Source: Candidatus Methylomirabilia bacterium (lineage in GTDB: Bacteria > Methylomirabilota > Methylomirabilia > Rokubacteriales > CSP1-6). Taken from it: a DNA stretch of 37,307 nucleotides. The notes under the pieces are model-generated. The model saw nothing but the letters and a program-made list of their open reading frames with translations. It searched no databases and was not told the origin of the DNA. Each line of letters opens with the position of its first letter. Within the stretch, counting starts at the first letter, position 1. The position numbers and the translations under genes are program-made. Location: assembly GCA_041497895.1 (NCBI GenBank), contig JBGQHJ010000032.1, positions 1 through 37,307 on the forward strand, in the 5' to 3' direction. This document shows positions 15,029-24,693 of the stretch, one piece after another.

Positions 15029-17614
15029 ATGAGCGAGCGCTTCTTCATCCTCGACGGCCCCGGCTTCCTCTTCCGCGCCTACCACGCGATCCCGTTCCTC
15101 TCCACCTCGCGGGGGGTGCCGAGCCACGCGGTCTTCGGCATGTCGACCATGCTCTGGAAGCTCCTGCGCGAGGACACGCCCGACTACTTCGCGGTGGCCT
15201 GGGATCCGCCGGGGCCCACCTTCCGGGAGGAGAAGTTCGCCGCCTACAAGGAGACGCGCGCCCCCACGCCCGACGATCTCCGCAGCCAGATCCCGTACGT
15301 CAAGACGCTCTTCGAGGCCCTGCGCCTGCCGGTGCTCGAGGTGCCGGGCTTCGAGGCCGACGACGTGCTGGGCACCGTGGTCGAGCGCACCCGCGACCTG
15401 CCGATCGAGCTGGTGCTGGTCACCTCCGACAAGGACATGCTCCAGCTCGTGAGCCCGCGCGTGCGCGTCTTCTCGACCACCGGCCGCGGCGGGGACCGGG
15501 TGATCTTCGACGAGGCGGCGGTGAAGGCCAAGTGGGGCGTCGAGCCCGCGCAGATTCCCGACATCCTGGCCCTGATGGGTGACTCGATCGACAACATCCC
15601 GGGCGTGCCCGGGGTGGGGGAGAAGACCGCGGCCAAGCTGATCGGCCAGTTCGGGGGCGTCGAGCGTCTCTACGAGAACCTCTCGCTGGTGCCGGGCAAG
15701 CTGCGCGAGACCCTGGCCGCCAACCGCAAGCAGGCGCTGCTCTCGCGCGAGCTGGCCACCGTCAGCACCCGGGTGCCGATCGCGGTGGATCTCGAGGCCT
15801 TCCGGCGCCGCGAGCCCGACTGGGACCGGCTGCGCGCGCTCTGGACCGAGCTCGAGTTCCACAGCCTGCTCCGGCAGGTGCCGGCCCAGCCGGTGGCGGA
15901 GGTGGCCGGCGGCGACGTGGCCACGCTCGCCGACGCGGCCGCGCTCGGGCAGTACCTGGCGCAGATCCCGGCCGGCGAGCCGGTCGCGGTCGAGAGCGTC
16001 GGCGACGGCGGGCCCCCCGACCCGGTCATCAGCGCGGTGGGGCTCTACCATCCGTCGGCCGGGAGCGCGCTGTTCGTGTGCGCGGGGCCGGACGTGGCCC
16101 AGTCCGCGGCCGAGCGCGGCCGGGCGCTGGTCGCGGCGCTCGGCGGTCGCACCCTCATCGGGCACGACGTGAAGGCGCTCGCCGAGTGGTGGCTGGCCCG
16201 CGGCGGCACCATGCCGCCCGTCGAGGACACCGCGGTCGTCGCGTACCTGCTCAACCCCGCGCGCACCAACTACAAGCTCGAGGAGGTGTGCGCGGAGCTG
16301 CTCGGCGAGGGCCCCGGCATCGCGCGGCCGGGCACGCGCGGCAAGTGGATCTGGGACCTGTGGGCGATGGCGCCGCGCGCGCTCGGGGAGGTCGGGCTCA
16401 AGGGCCTCTACGAGGACGTCGAGCGGCCGCTGATCGGCGTGCTCGCCGAGATGGAGCGTCACGGCATCCGGGTCGACCAGGCCCGGCTCGGCGAGTTCTC
16501 CCGCGAGCTCGAGGTGCACCTCGAGCGGACCACGAAGGAGATCTTCGGCCTCGCGGGCGAGGAGTTCAACATCGGCTCGCCGAAGCAGCTCGCCTACATC
16601 CTGTTCGAGAAGCTCAAGCTGCCGGTCGTGAAGCGCACCAAGACCGGCTACTCGACCGACGCCGACGTGCTCGAGCAGCTCGCCCTCGGCCACGAGCTGC
16701 CCGCCCGCATCATCGAGCACCGCACGCTGGCCAAGCTCAAGTCGACGTACGCCGACGCCCTGCCCACGCTGGTGAATCCGATCACCGGGCGGATCCACAC
16801 CTCGTTCAACCAGCTCGTGGCCGCGACCGGGCGGCTCTCGTCTAGTAACCCAAACGTCCAGAACATACCCGTGCGCACCGAGCTCGGCCGCCGCATCCGC
16901 GCCGCCTTCGTGCCCGAGGCGGGCCGGCGGTTCCTCGCGGCGGACTACTCCCAGATCGAGCTGCGCATCCTGGCCCACGTCTCCGGGGAGGAGAGCCTCG
17001 TCGAGGCCTTCCGTCGTGGCGAGGACATCCACGCCCGCACCGCCTCCGAGGTGTTCGGCGTCCCGCTCGACGCGGTCACCCCCGAGCAGCGCGACATCGC
17101 CAAGACCACGAACTTCTCGGTGATCTATGGGGTCACCGCGTTCGGCCTCTCGCGCGGCCTCGACATCAGCCCCAAGCAGGCGCAGGAGTTCCTCGACCGG
17201 TTCTTCGCCCGGCACCCGAAGGTGAAGGCCTATCTCGCCCGCACGGTGGCGGAAGGGCGCGAGCGCGGCTTCGTCGCCACCCTGCTCGGCCGTCGCCGCT
17301 ACCTGCCCGAGCTGCGCAGCGGCAACCCGAACCTCCGGGGCTTCGGCGAGCGCATGGCCACCAACGCGCCGATCCAGGGCACCGCCGCCGACCTGGTCAA
17401 GATCGCGATGGTCCGGATGGCCGTCGAGCTGCGCGCGCATCGGCTCGAGACCCGCATGCTGCTGCAGGTGCACGACGAGTTGCTCTTCGAGGTGCCGACC
17501 GGCGAGGTGGAGCGGCTCCAGGCGCTCGCGACCGAGGTGATGGAGTCGGCGGTGTCACTCGACGTGCCGCTCCGGGTCGACGTCAAGGTGGGCGACGACT
17601 GGGCCGCGGTGTGA
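15029..17614 (+). CDS. polA: DNA polymerase I
   Basis: 5'-3' exonuclease ([22 protein letters not shown]). Polymerase motifs [27 protein letters not shown]. Confidence 0.97.
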   Translation: MSERFFILDGPGFLFRAYHAIPFLSTSRGVPSHAVFGMSTMLWKLLREDTPDYFAVAWDPPGPTFREEKFAAYKETRAPTPDDLRSQIPYVKTLFEALRLPVLEVPGFEADDVLGTVVERTRDLPIELVLVTSDKDMLQLVSPRVRVFSTTGRGGDRVIFDEAAVKAKWGVEPAQIPDILALMGDSIDNIPGVPGVGEKTAAKLIGQFGGVERLYENLSLVPGKLRETLAANRKQALLSRELATVSTRVPIAVDLEAFRRREPDWDRLRALWTELEFHSLLRQVPAQPVAEVAGGDVATLADAAALGQYLAQIPAGEPVAVESVGDGGPPDPVISAVGLYHPSAGSALFVCAGPDVAQSAAERGRALVAALGGRTLIGHDVKALAEWWLARGGTMPPVEDTAVVAYLLNPARTNYKLEEVCAELLGEGPGIARPGTRGKWIWDLWAMAPRALGEVGLKGLYEDVERPLIGVLAEMERHGIRVDQARLGEFSRELEVHLERTTKEIFGLAGEEFNIGSPKQLAYILFEKLKLPVVKRTKTGYSTDADVLEQLALGHELPARIIEHRTLAKLKSTYADALPTLVNPITGRIHTSFNQLVAATGRLSSSNPNVQNIPVRTELGRRIRAAFVPEAGRRFLAADYSQIELRILAHVSGEESLVEAFRRGEDIHARTASEVFGVPLDAVTPEQRDIAKTTNFSVIYGVTAFGLSRGLDISPKQAQEFLDRFFARHPKVKAYLARTVAEGRERGFVATLLGRRRYLPELRSGNPNLRGFGERMATNAPIQGTAADLVKIAMVRMAVELRAHRLETRMLLQVHDELLFEVPTGEVERLQALATEVMESAVSLDVPLRVDVKVGDDWAAV

Positions 17615-18246
17615 GGCGCTTCCTGCTCGTCGGCCTCACCGGAGGGATCGCCACCGGCAAGAGCACGGTGACCGCCCTGCTCGCGAGCCCGAGCGTGCGG
17701 GTGGTGGACGCCGACGCGCTCGCCCGCGAGGTGGTGGAGCCCGGCACGCCCGCGCTGGCCCAGATCGCGGCCGAGTTCGGCCGGGAGGTGCTGACCGCCG
17801 ACGGGCGCCTCGATCGGACGCGGCTCGGCGAGATCGTCTTCCCGGATCCAGCGAAGCGCAAGCGGCTCGAGGCGATCACGCACCCCGCGATCCGGGGGCG
17901 CTTCGAGCGCATCCTGGCCGACCTCGAGCGGAGCGGCTGGGACGGCATCCTGATCTGGGATGCCGCGCTGCTCGTGGAGTCCGGCGGCAACAAGAAGATG
18001 GACCGGGTGGTGGTGGTGACCACCGACCCGGCCACCCAGCTCCACCGGCTCGTCGCGCGCGACGCCTGCACCGAGGAGGCGGCGCGGGCCCGCACCGCCA
18101 GCCAGATGCCGCTCGCGGTCAAGGCCCGCTATGCCGACTACGTCATCGACAACTCGGGCCCGCGCGAGCAGACCGAGGCGCGCGTGCGCGAGGTGTACCG
18201 TAGCCTCCTGGACGACCTGCGCCAGCTGCAGGCGAGCCGCCGGTGA
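17611..18246 (+). CDS. coaE: Dephospho-CoA kinase
   Basis: GLTGGIATGKST P-loop, DAD, LEAITHP. Canonical polA-coaE linkage. Confidence 0.95.
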   Translation: MRRFLLVGLTGGIATGKSTVTALLASPSVRVVDADALAREVVEPGTPALAQIAAEFGREVLTADGRLDRTRLGEIVFPDPAKRKRLEAITHPAIRGRFERILADLERSGWDGILIWDAALLVESGGNKKMDRVVVVTTDPATQLHRLVARDACTEEAARARTASQMPLAVKARYADYVIDNSGPREQTEARVREVYRSLLDDLRQLQASRR

Positions 18247-19115
18247 GCCCGCGCCGCAACGCGCGCGCCGCGGCTCCGCGCGCGCCCGCCCACCGGCCCG
18301 CCACGCGCGGGCGCACGCGGGCGCTCGGCCAGCACTTCCTGCGGGACCGCGCGGTGGTCGACCGCATCCTGGACCTGGTGCGGCCGACCGCGCGCGACCT
18401 GGTCGTCGAGATCGGGCCCGGGCGCGGGGCGCTCACCCAGGCGCTGGCGGTGCGCGCCGGCCGGCTCCTGGCCCTCGAGATCGACGCGCCCCTGGCCGCG
18501 GCCCTGCAGCAGCGTTTCGCCGGCGCGGGCTCGGTCGAGATCCGCCAGGCCGACGCGCGGCAGTTCGACTACGCGGGCCTGCGGGCGCTCGTGCCCGATC
18601 CGGCCGGGCGCGTGCTGATCGTGGGCAACCTGCCGTACAGCGTGGGCAAGCCGATCCTGGCCGCGCTGGTCGAGAGCCGAGGGGCCATCGACGAGATGGC
18701 GCTCATGCTCCAGAAGGAAGTGGCCGAGCGCGTCGCCGCCGCGCCGGGGGGCAAGACCTACGGCGCGCTCTCGGTGCTGACCCAGGTCGCGGCCTCGGCG
18801 CAGCTCGCCTTCTCGGTGCCTCCGGGGGCCTTCAGCCCGCCTCCCCAGGTGGACTCGGCGGTGCTGTACCTCCGCATGCATCGCGAGCCGCCGGTCCCGG
18901 TCGCCGACCCGGCCCGGTTCGCGGTGGTGGTGCGCGCCGCCTTCAGCCAGCGTCGCAAGAGCCTGGCCAACGCCCTGGCCGCGGGGCTCGCCGTCTCGGC
19001 CGAGCGTGCCCGACGCCAGGCCGAATCGGCCGGCATCGATCCCGGCCGTCGGGCCGAGACCCTGTCGCTGGCCGAGTTCGCCCGGCTGGCCGCGCAGTCT
19101 GTCGAGTCCGCCTAG
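18243..19115 (+). CDS. rsmA: 16S rRNA m6,2A dimethyltransferase (KsgA)
   Basis: LGQHFL, EIGPGRG, GNLPY, F.PPPQVDSAV, QRRKSL. Confidence 0.95.
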   Translation: MSPRRNARAAAPRAPAHRPATRGRTRALGQHFLRDRAVVDRILDLVRPTARDLVVEIGPGRGALTQALAVRAGRLLALEIDAPLAAALQQRFAGAGSVEIRQADARQFDYAGLRALVPDPAGRVLIVGNLPYSVGKPILAALVESRGAIDEMALMLQKEVAERVAAAPGGKTYGALSVLTQVAASAQLAFSVPPGAFSPPPQVDSAVLYLRMHREPPVPVADPARFAVVVRAAFSQRRKSLANALAAGLAVSAERARRQAESAGIDPGRRAETLSLAEFARLAAQSVESA

Positions 19116-19169
19116 CCTCCCCGTTCCTTGGGCCGCGCCGGGGCCCGGTGGTAGGATGAAAAGGCCGTC

Positions 19170-20873
19170 GTGAACACCACTTACAGACCAGAACCCGTTC
19201 CCATCGACGTTCCCGGGGAGCCCGCAGTGCGGCTCATCCCGCTGGGCGGGCTGGGTGAGATCGGGCTCAACATGATGCTCATCGAGTCCGGCCCGGACAT
19301 CCTGGCGGTGGACTGCGGTCTGCTCTTCCCGGACGACGAGATGCCGGGCGTGGACTTCGCGATCCCGGACTTCTCCTATCTCAGGGAGCACCGCGGCGCC
19401 TTCCGGGGCGTGGTGCTCACCCACGGCCACGAGGATCACGTCGGGGCGCTCTCCTACCTGCTCCGGGAATTCGCGGTGCCGGTCTACGGGACACCGCTGA
19501 CGCTCGCCATCGCGCGCCACCGGCTCGCCGAGAACGGGCTGCTGGAGCAGGCCGACCTGCGCGCCTACGCCCCGGGAGATCGGCTCGCCATCGGCGGCTT
19601 CACCGTCGAGCCGATCCGCGTGACCCACTCGATCGCCGACGGCATCGGCCTGGCCATCGAGACCCCGATCGGCACCGTGGTCCACACCGGCGACTTCAAG
19701 CTCGACCGGCAGCCGGTGGACCGGCAGCAGCCGGACTACTCGCGCTTCGCCGCGCTCGGCGAGCAGGGCGTGCTCGTGCTCTGCTCGGACTCGACCAACG
19801 CGGGGCGGCCGGGCCACACCGGCTCGGAGACGGAGGTGGGGCGCGCGCTGGCCGGCCGCTTCGCGGCGGCCCCGGGCCGCGTCATCGTGGCCACCTTCGC
19901 CTCCCACATCCACCGCATCCAGCAGGTGCTCGACCTGGCCGCGCGCTGCGATCGCCACGTGGCGCTCCTCGGGCGCAGCATGGTGTCCAACGTGGCGGTG
20001 GCGGCGGAGCTCGGCTACCTGCAGGTCCCCGAGGGGCTGGTGATGCCGCTCGAGGATCTCGCCGAGCTGCCCGCGCAGCGGCAGGTGATCCTCTCCACCG
20101 GCAGCCAGGGCGAGCCCAACTCGGCCATCTCGCTGATCGCGGCGGGCGATCACAAGTACGTGCAGACGAGCCCGGGCGACCTGGTGATCTTCTCGTCGCG
20201 CGTGATCCCGGGCAACGAGCGCGTGCTCGGCCGCGTGATCAACGCGCTGCTGCGCCGCGGGGCCGAGGTGCTGTGGGAGGACGTGGCCTTCGTCCACGTC
20301 TCGGGCCACGCGAGCCAGGAGGATCTCAAGGAGATGCTGGCCCTGACCCGGCCGCGCTACTTCATACCCGTGCACGGCGAGTACCGGCACCTGCTCCAGC
20401 ACGCGCGGCTGGCCGAGGGGGTGGGCATCCCCAAGGACCGCATCTTCCTGATCGAGGACGGGCTGGGGCTCGAGGTGACCGCCGCCGGCACCCGCGTGCT
20501 CGGGCCCTATCCGGCCGGCCCGGTGCTGGTGGACGGCAAGGGGGTCGGCGACGTGGGCGGCGTCGTGCTTCGCGACCGCCAGCTCCTGGCCGAGGCAGGG
20601 ATGCTCGTGGTCGCGCTCACCGTCGATCGCACCACCGGCTCGATCGTGGCGGGACCCGAGATCGCCTCGCGGGGGTTCGTCTACATGAAGGAGGCCGACG
20701 CGCTGATGGACGAGGTCAAGGCCGCGGTGCGCGACGCCCTGGCCTCGCGGCAGGAGCCGGAAGTGTTCGACCGGGAGCTGGTGGGGGCCACCGTGCGGAG
20801 CGCGGTGCGGCGCTTCGTCAACCAGCGCTTCCAGCGCAAGCCCGTGGTGCTGCCCGTGATCCTGGAGGTGTGA
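19170..20873 (+). CDS. rnj: Ribonuclease J
   Basis: PLGGLGEIG, THGHEDH, HTGDFK, GSQGEP, HVSGHA, PVHGE. Confidence 0.95.
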   Translation: MNTTYRPEPVPIDVPGEPAVRLIPLGGLGEIGLNMMLIESGPDILAVDCGLLFPDDEMPGVDFAIPDFSYLREHRGAFRGVVLTHGHEDHVGALSYLLREFAVPVYGTPLTLAIARHRLAENGLLEQADLRAYAPGDRLAIGGFTVEPIRVTHSIADGIGLAIETPIGTVVHTGDFKLDRQPVDRQQPDYSRFAALGEQGVLVLCSDSTNAGRPGHTGSETEVGRALAGRFAAAPGRVIVATFASHIHRIQQVLDLAARCDRHVALLGRSMVSNVAVAAELGYLQVPEGLVMPLEDLAELPAQRQVILSTGSQGEPNSAISLIAAGDHKYVQTSPGDLVIFSSRVIPGNERVLGRVINALLRRGAEVLWEDVAFVHVSGHASQEDLKEMLALTRPRYFIPVHGEYRHLLQHARLAEGVGIPKDRIFLIEDGLGLEVTAAGTRVLGPYPAGPVLVDGKGVGDVGGVVLRDRQLLAEAGMLVVALTVDRTTGSIVAGPEIASRGFVYMKEADALMDEVKAAVRDALASRQEPEVFDRELVGATVRSAVRRFVNQRFQRKPVVLPVILEV

Positions 20874-23131
20874 TGGCGGAGAAGGCGACGATCGAAAAGG
20901 TGCTGCCGGACAAGACGCCCGGCCCGAACGGCCACGGCCCGCGCGAGGCGCCCCGCGACGCCGTGAAGCGGCGGGGACCCCGGACAGCCAAGCGCGAGCC
21001 CGGCCGCTGGGTGCGGGAGGCCAAGGGCATCCTGGCCCTGGCCCTGGCCGGCTTCGGCTTCGTGGCGCTCTATGCCTACGACCCGACGCTGCACCCGCTG
21101 GACCAGTCGAGCCCGGTGGGGCCGGTGGGCGGGTGGCTCGGCTGGGGGTCGTTCCACGCCTTCGGCTACGCGGGCTACCTCTTCCCGGTGCTGCTCACGC
21201 TCTACGGCGTCTCCGCCTTCGTGCGCCCGCGGATGGCGCACGGCTGGCAGGCGGGCGCTGGGCTCGCGATCCTCCTGGTGAGCGCGACCGGCATCCTGGC
21301 CCGGGCCTCGGATACGCTGACCGAGTTCCGCGTGCACAAGGGCGGGGTGGTCGGGTGGGCGGTGTCCGAGGCCCTCCGGCTCTCGATCGGGACCGTGGGC
21401 ACGTGGATCGTCCTGCTGGCCCTGATCCCGCTGGGCGTGCTGTTCGTCACGCGCATCCCCTACAGCGTGCTCTCGCGCGGCCTGCGCGCCCGCTTCGGGC
21501 GGCTGCGTCAGCCGGACGGCCGGAAGGCCCGGAGCCAGGGCTCGGCGCCGGCGGGAGCGCCGGCGATCGCCGCGGCGCCGGCCGCCCTCGCCGCGGTCGA
21601 GGCGGAGCTGCCACCGCGGCTCGTCGTGAAGGAGCCGCCCAAGGCCAAGTCGGGGCTCGCCGAGAAGGGTCTCGCCTGGCAGGAGACGTTCGACTTCGGC
21701 AAGGGCGGCGCGGAGGCGTTCAAGCTGCCGGCGGTCGGGCTGCTGGCCGCGCCGCCCGCCTCCTCGCTCCAGCGCACGCGCGAGGAGCTCGAGGCCAACG
21801 CGCAGACGCTCAAGAAGAAGCTCCAGGACTTCGGGGTCGACGGCCACATCGTGCAGGCGAGCCCGGGGCCGGTCATCACCTCCTACGAGTTCGAGCCGGC
21901 CTCCGGTGTGAAGGTGAGCCAGGTTGTCAACCTGGCCGACGACCTGGCGCTGGCCATGAAGGTCGCGGCGGTTCGCATCATCGGGCCGATCCCGGGACGC
22001 GGCACGGTGGCGGTCGAGGTGCCGAACCCGGAGACCACCACCGTCTACCTGCGCGAGATCCTGGTGAGCCAGGAGTTCGTCACCAACAAGGCGCGGCTGC
22101 CGCTCGCCCTCGGCAAGGACACCACCGGCAACTCGGTGATCGCGGACCTGGCCGCGATGCCGCACCTGCTCATCGCGGGCTCCACCGGCAGCGGCAAGTC
22201 GGTCGGGCTCAACACCATGATCTGCTCGCTGCTCTACAAGGCGACCCCCGCGGACGTCCGCTTCCTCCTGATCGATCCGAAGCGGCTCGAGCTCGGGGTG
22301 TACGAGAAGATCCCGCACCTGCTCGCCCCGGTGGTCACCGACGCCAAGGAAGCCTCCGCGCGCCTCAAGTGGATCGTGGGCAAGATGGACGCCCGCTACA
22401 AGCAGCTGCAGGCCAAGGCGGTGCGCAACATCGAGGGCTACAACAAGGAGGTGCCGCCCGAGGAGCGGCTGCCCTACTGGGTGGTGGTGGTCGACGAGCT
22501 GGCCGACCTCATGATGGTCTCGGCCGGCGAGGTGCAGAACTCGCTGATCCGCCTGGCCCAGATCGCCCGCGCGGTGGGCATCCACCTGATCGTGGCGACC
22601 CAGCGGCCGTCCGTCGACGTGGTGACCGGCCTCATCAAGGCCAACTTCCCCACGCGCATCGCCTTCCAGGTGGCCTCCAAGGTGGACTCGCGGACGGTCC
22701 TCGACGCCAACGGCGCCGAGCAGCTCCTGGGCCGCGGCGACATGATCTTCGTGCCGCCGGGGCAGAGCCGCCAGATGCGGGTGCACGGCTCCTGGGTCTC
22801 CGACAAGGAAGTGAAGGCGATCTGCGAGTTCCTGCGCACCCAGGGCTCGGCGGTGTACGAGCACGTGGAGCTGCCATCCGAGGAGGCGGGCCCGGGTGGC
22901 AGCGCTGAAGACCGCGACGACGTCTACTGGGACGCGGTGAACCTGGTGATCGCCCAGCGCGCCGCGTCGATCTCGTTCCTGCAGCGGCGGCTCGGGCTCG
23001 GCTACCCGAAGGCCGCGCGGTTCATCGACATGATGGAGCAGGACCACATCATCGGACCGGGCCAGGGCGCCAAGCCCCGCGAGATCCTCGTCGGCCCCGA
23101 GTACCTGCAGAAGCGTCGCAGTGCGAGCTGA
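20873..23131 (+). CDS. ftsK: DNA translocase FtsK
   Basis: N-terminal TM domain, PHLLIAGSTGSGKS, DELADLM, ATQRPS, C-terminal gamma domain (SISFLQRRLGLGY). Confidence 0.96.
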   Translation: MAEKATIEKVLPDKTPGPNGHGPREAPRDAVKRRGPRTAKREPGRWVREAKGILALALAGFGFVALYAYDPTLHPLDQSSPVGPVGGWLGWGSFHAFGYAGYLFPVLLTLYGVSAFVRPRMAHGWQAGAGLAILLVSATGILARASDTLTEFRVHKGGVVGWAVSEALRLSIGTVGTWIVLLALIPLGVLFVTRIPYSVLSRGLRARFGRLRQPDGRKARSQGSAPAGAPAIAAAPAALAAVEAELPPRLVVKEPPKAKSGLAEKGLAWQETFDFGKGGAEAFKLPAVGLLAAPPASSLQRTREELEANAQTLKKKLQDFGVDGHIVQASPGPVITSYEFEPASGVKVSQVVNLADDLALAMKVAAVRIIGPIPGRGTVAVEVPNPETTTVYLREILVSQEFVTNKARLPLALGKDTTGNSVIADLAAMPHLLIAGSTGSGKSVGLNTMICSLLYKATPADVRFLLIDPKRLELGVYEKIPHLLAPVVTDAKEASARLKWIVGKMDARYKQLQAKAVRNIEGYNKEVPPEERLPYWVVVVDELADLMMVSAGEVQNSLIRLAQIARAVGIHLIVATQRPSVDVVTGLIKANFPTRIAFQVASKVDSRTVLDANGAEQLLGRGDMIFVPPGQSRQMRVHGSWVSDKEVKAICEFLRTQGSAVYEHVELPSEEAGPGGSAEDRDDVYWDAVNLVIAQRAASISFLQRRLGLGYPKAARFIDMMEQDHIIGPGQGAKPREILVGPEYLQKRRSAS

Positions 23132-23153
23132 CGCCGAAGGCGAGGCGAGCAAT

Positions 23154-23846
23154 ATGGAAAGAAGAGCGGGCCGGCCCGTCCTCCCAACCAGCCGTCCGCT
23201 ATTCTTCCTGCTGGTTCTCATTCTCTGCGTCCCGCCCATCGCCCACGCCCAGAGTCTCGACGAGGTGGTCAACGGGGTCGAGGCCACCTACGGCAAGATC
23301 GTCGACCTGCGCGCCGAGTTCACCCAGACCGCGCGCAACAAGAGCCTCGGCCAGGACATCAAGGCGGAGGGCATCGTGATGCTCAAGAAGGGCGGCAAGA
23401 TGCGCTGGGACTACAAGAACCCCGCGCCCCAGCAGATCGTCTCGGACGGCACGTCGCTCTGGGTCTACACTCCCGAGCTGAACCAGGTGAACAAGGGCAA
23501 CGCCCCCAAGGCCCTGGCCGGGCCGGCGGGCAGCTTCCTCTCCGGCCTCGGCAAGCTGCGCGAAGAGTTCACGGTGCGCTTCCTCAACCCGGCGAGCCCG
23601 CGCGACGGGGCGGGCCGGCCGGTGCTCGATCTCACGCCCAAGCAGCCGACTCCGCTCCTCACCCGCCTGGTGCTCACGGTGGACCCGAAGGACTACGTGG
23701 TCCGCCAGGCGGTGCTCTACGATCAATTCCAGAACACCGTGACCATGTCCTTCAACAAGGTCCAGGTCAACCCGGGGCTCAGCGACACCCTGTTCGTCTT
23801 CACGCCGCCGAAGGACGCGGCGGTGGTGCCGCTGGACCCGCGCTAG
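23154..23846 (+). CDS. lolA: Outer-membrane lipoprotein carrier protein
   Basis: Signal peptide, 'AEFTQ', 'GKMRWDY', 'VSDG..LWVY.PEL.QV', 'F.FTPP'. Follows ftsK. Start uncertain (23121 GTG or 23154 ATG). Confidence 0.88.
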   Translation: MERRAGRPVLPTSRPLFFLLVLILCVPPIAHAQSLDEVVNGVEATYGKIVDLRAEFTQTARNKSLGQDIKAEGIVMLKKGGKMRWDYKNPAPQQIVSDGTSLWVYTPELNQVNKGNAPKALAGPAGSFLSGLGKLREEFTVRFLNPASPRDGAGRPVLDLTPKQPTPLLTRLVLTVDPKDYVVRQAVLYDQFQNTVTMSFNKVQVNPGLSDTLFVFTPPKDAAVVPLDPR

Positions 23847-23857
23847 CGAGGCACTCC

Positions 23858-24355
23858 ATGGCCGCCGAGAACAGCTTCGACATCGCGTGCAAGATCGACA
23901 TGCAGGAGGTCACCAACGCCATCGACCAGGCGCGCCGCGACATCACCACGCGATACGACCTGAAGGGCGCCAAGAACGAGATCACGCCCGAGAAGATGGA
24001 CATCGTGCTCTCCTCCACCGACGACATGAAGCTCAAGGCGGTGCTCGACATCCTCCAGTCCAAGCTCCACCGCCGCGGCATCGATCTCAAGGCGCTCACC
24101 ATCAACGATCCCGAGCCGGGGGGCGGCGGCGTGATCCGCCAGAAGATCACGCTCCAGGACGGCGTCCCGATGGAGAAGGCCAAGGAGATCGTGCGGCTCA
24201 TCAAGGACTCCAAGCTGAAGGTCCAGGCCTCCATCCAGGAGAAGCAGGTGCGGGTCGTCGGCAAGAGCCGGGACGACCTGCAGGCGGTCATCGCCCTGCT
24301 CAAGGGCAAGGACCTCGGCATCGCGCTCCAGTTCACGAACTACCGCTCCACGTAG
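23858..24355 (+). CDS. yajQ: YajQ family nucleotide/c-di-GMP-binding protein
   Basis: SFDI, 'QEVTNAIDQA', 'KLKVQASIQ..QVRV.GKSRDDLQ', 'LQFTNYR'. Confidence 0.95.
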   Translation: MAAENSFDIACKIDMQEVTNAIDQARRDITTRYDLKGAKNEITPEKMDIVLSSTDDMKLKAVLDILQSKLHRRGIDLKALTINDPEPGGGGVIRQKITLQDGVPMEKAKEIVRLIKDSKLKVQASIQEKQVRVVGKSRDDLQAVIALLKGKDLGIALQFTNYRST

Positions 24356-24374
24356 CCCGCCCGCTCCGGCGGTA

Positions 24375-24481
24375 GATCCGATCGCGCCCCGCCGCGCGTA
24401 GTCCATTCGGCCGCGGCCGCCCCGCGCGTCCTCCCGCCGCTCCTCTTCCCGCGCCAAATCCAAGGCCTTCCCCCCGCCGTA
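24375..24481 (+). promoter_or_regulatory. Two tandem candidate ECF-sigma promoters, ATCC-N16/17-CGTA
   Basis: GATCC(24375-24379)-17 nt-CGTA(24397-24400) and AATCC(24457-24461)-16 nt-CGTA(24478-24481), upstream of SD GGAGG and ATG 24503. Confidence 0.45.
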
Positions 24482-24502
24482 GATGGTGGGCAGGAGGGCA
24501 CG

Positions 24503-24663
24503 ATGAGCACACACGTGATCGGCAGGACCGCGCTGGTTCTGGCGGTGGCCGTGCTGACGCCGGCCGCGGCGCCACCGGGAGCGTGCGGCTCGAGCAGCCC
24601 GGCGTCTACCCGTACTTCTGCAGCCGGCACCAGTCCATGCGCGGCGAGATCCGCGTGAAGTAG
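24503..24663 (+). pseudogene. Cupredoxin (plastocyanin/amicyanin-like) remnant with internal deletion and frame break
   Basis: SD+ATG gives a signal peptide (MSTHVIGRTALVLAVAVLTPAAA). A different frame gives GATGSVRLEQPGVYPYFCSRHQSMRGEIRVK*, the type-1 copper C-x2-H-x2-M loop. The middle of the domain is missing. Not in the ORF track. Confidence 0.8.
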
Positions 24664-24693
24664 ATCGTAGCGAACACGAAAAGGAGAGAAGCC

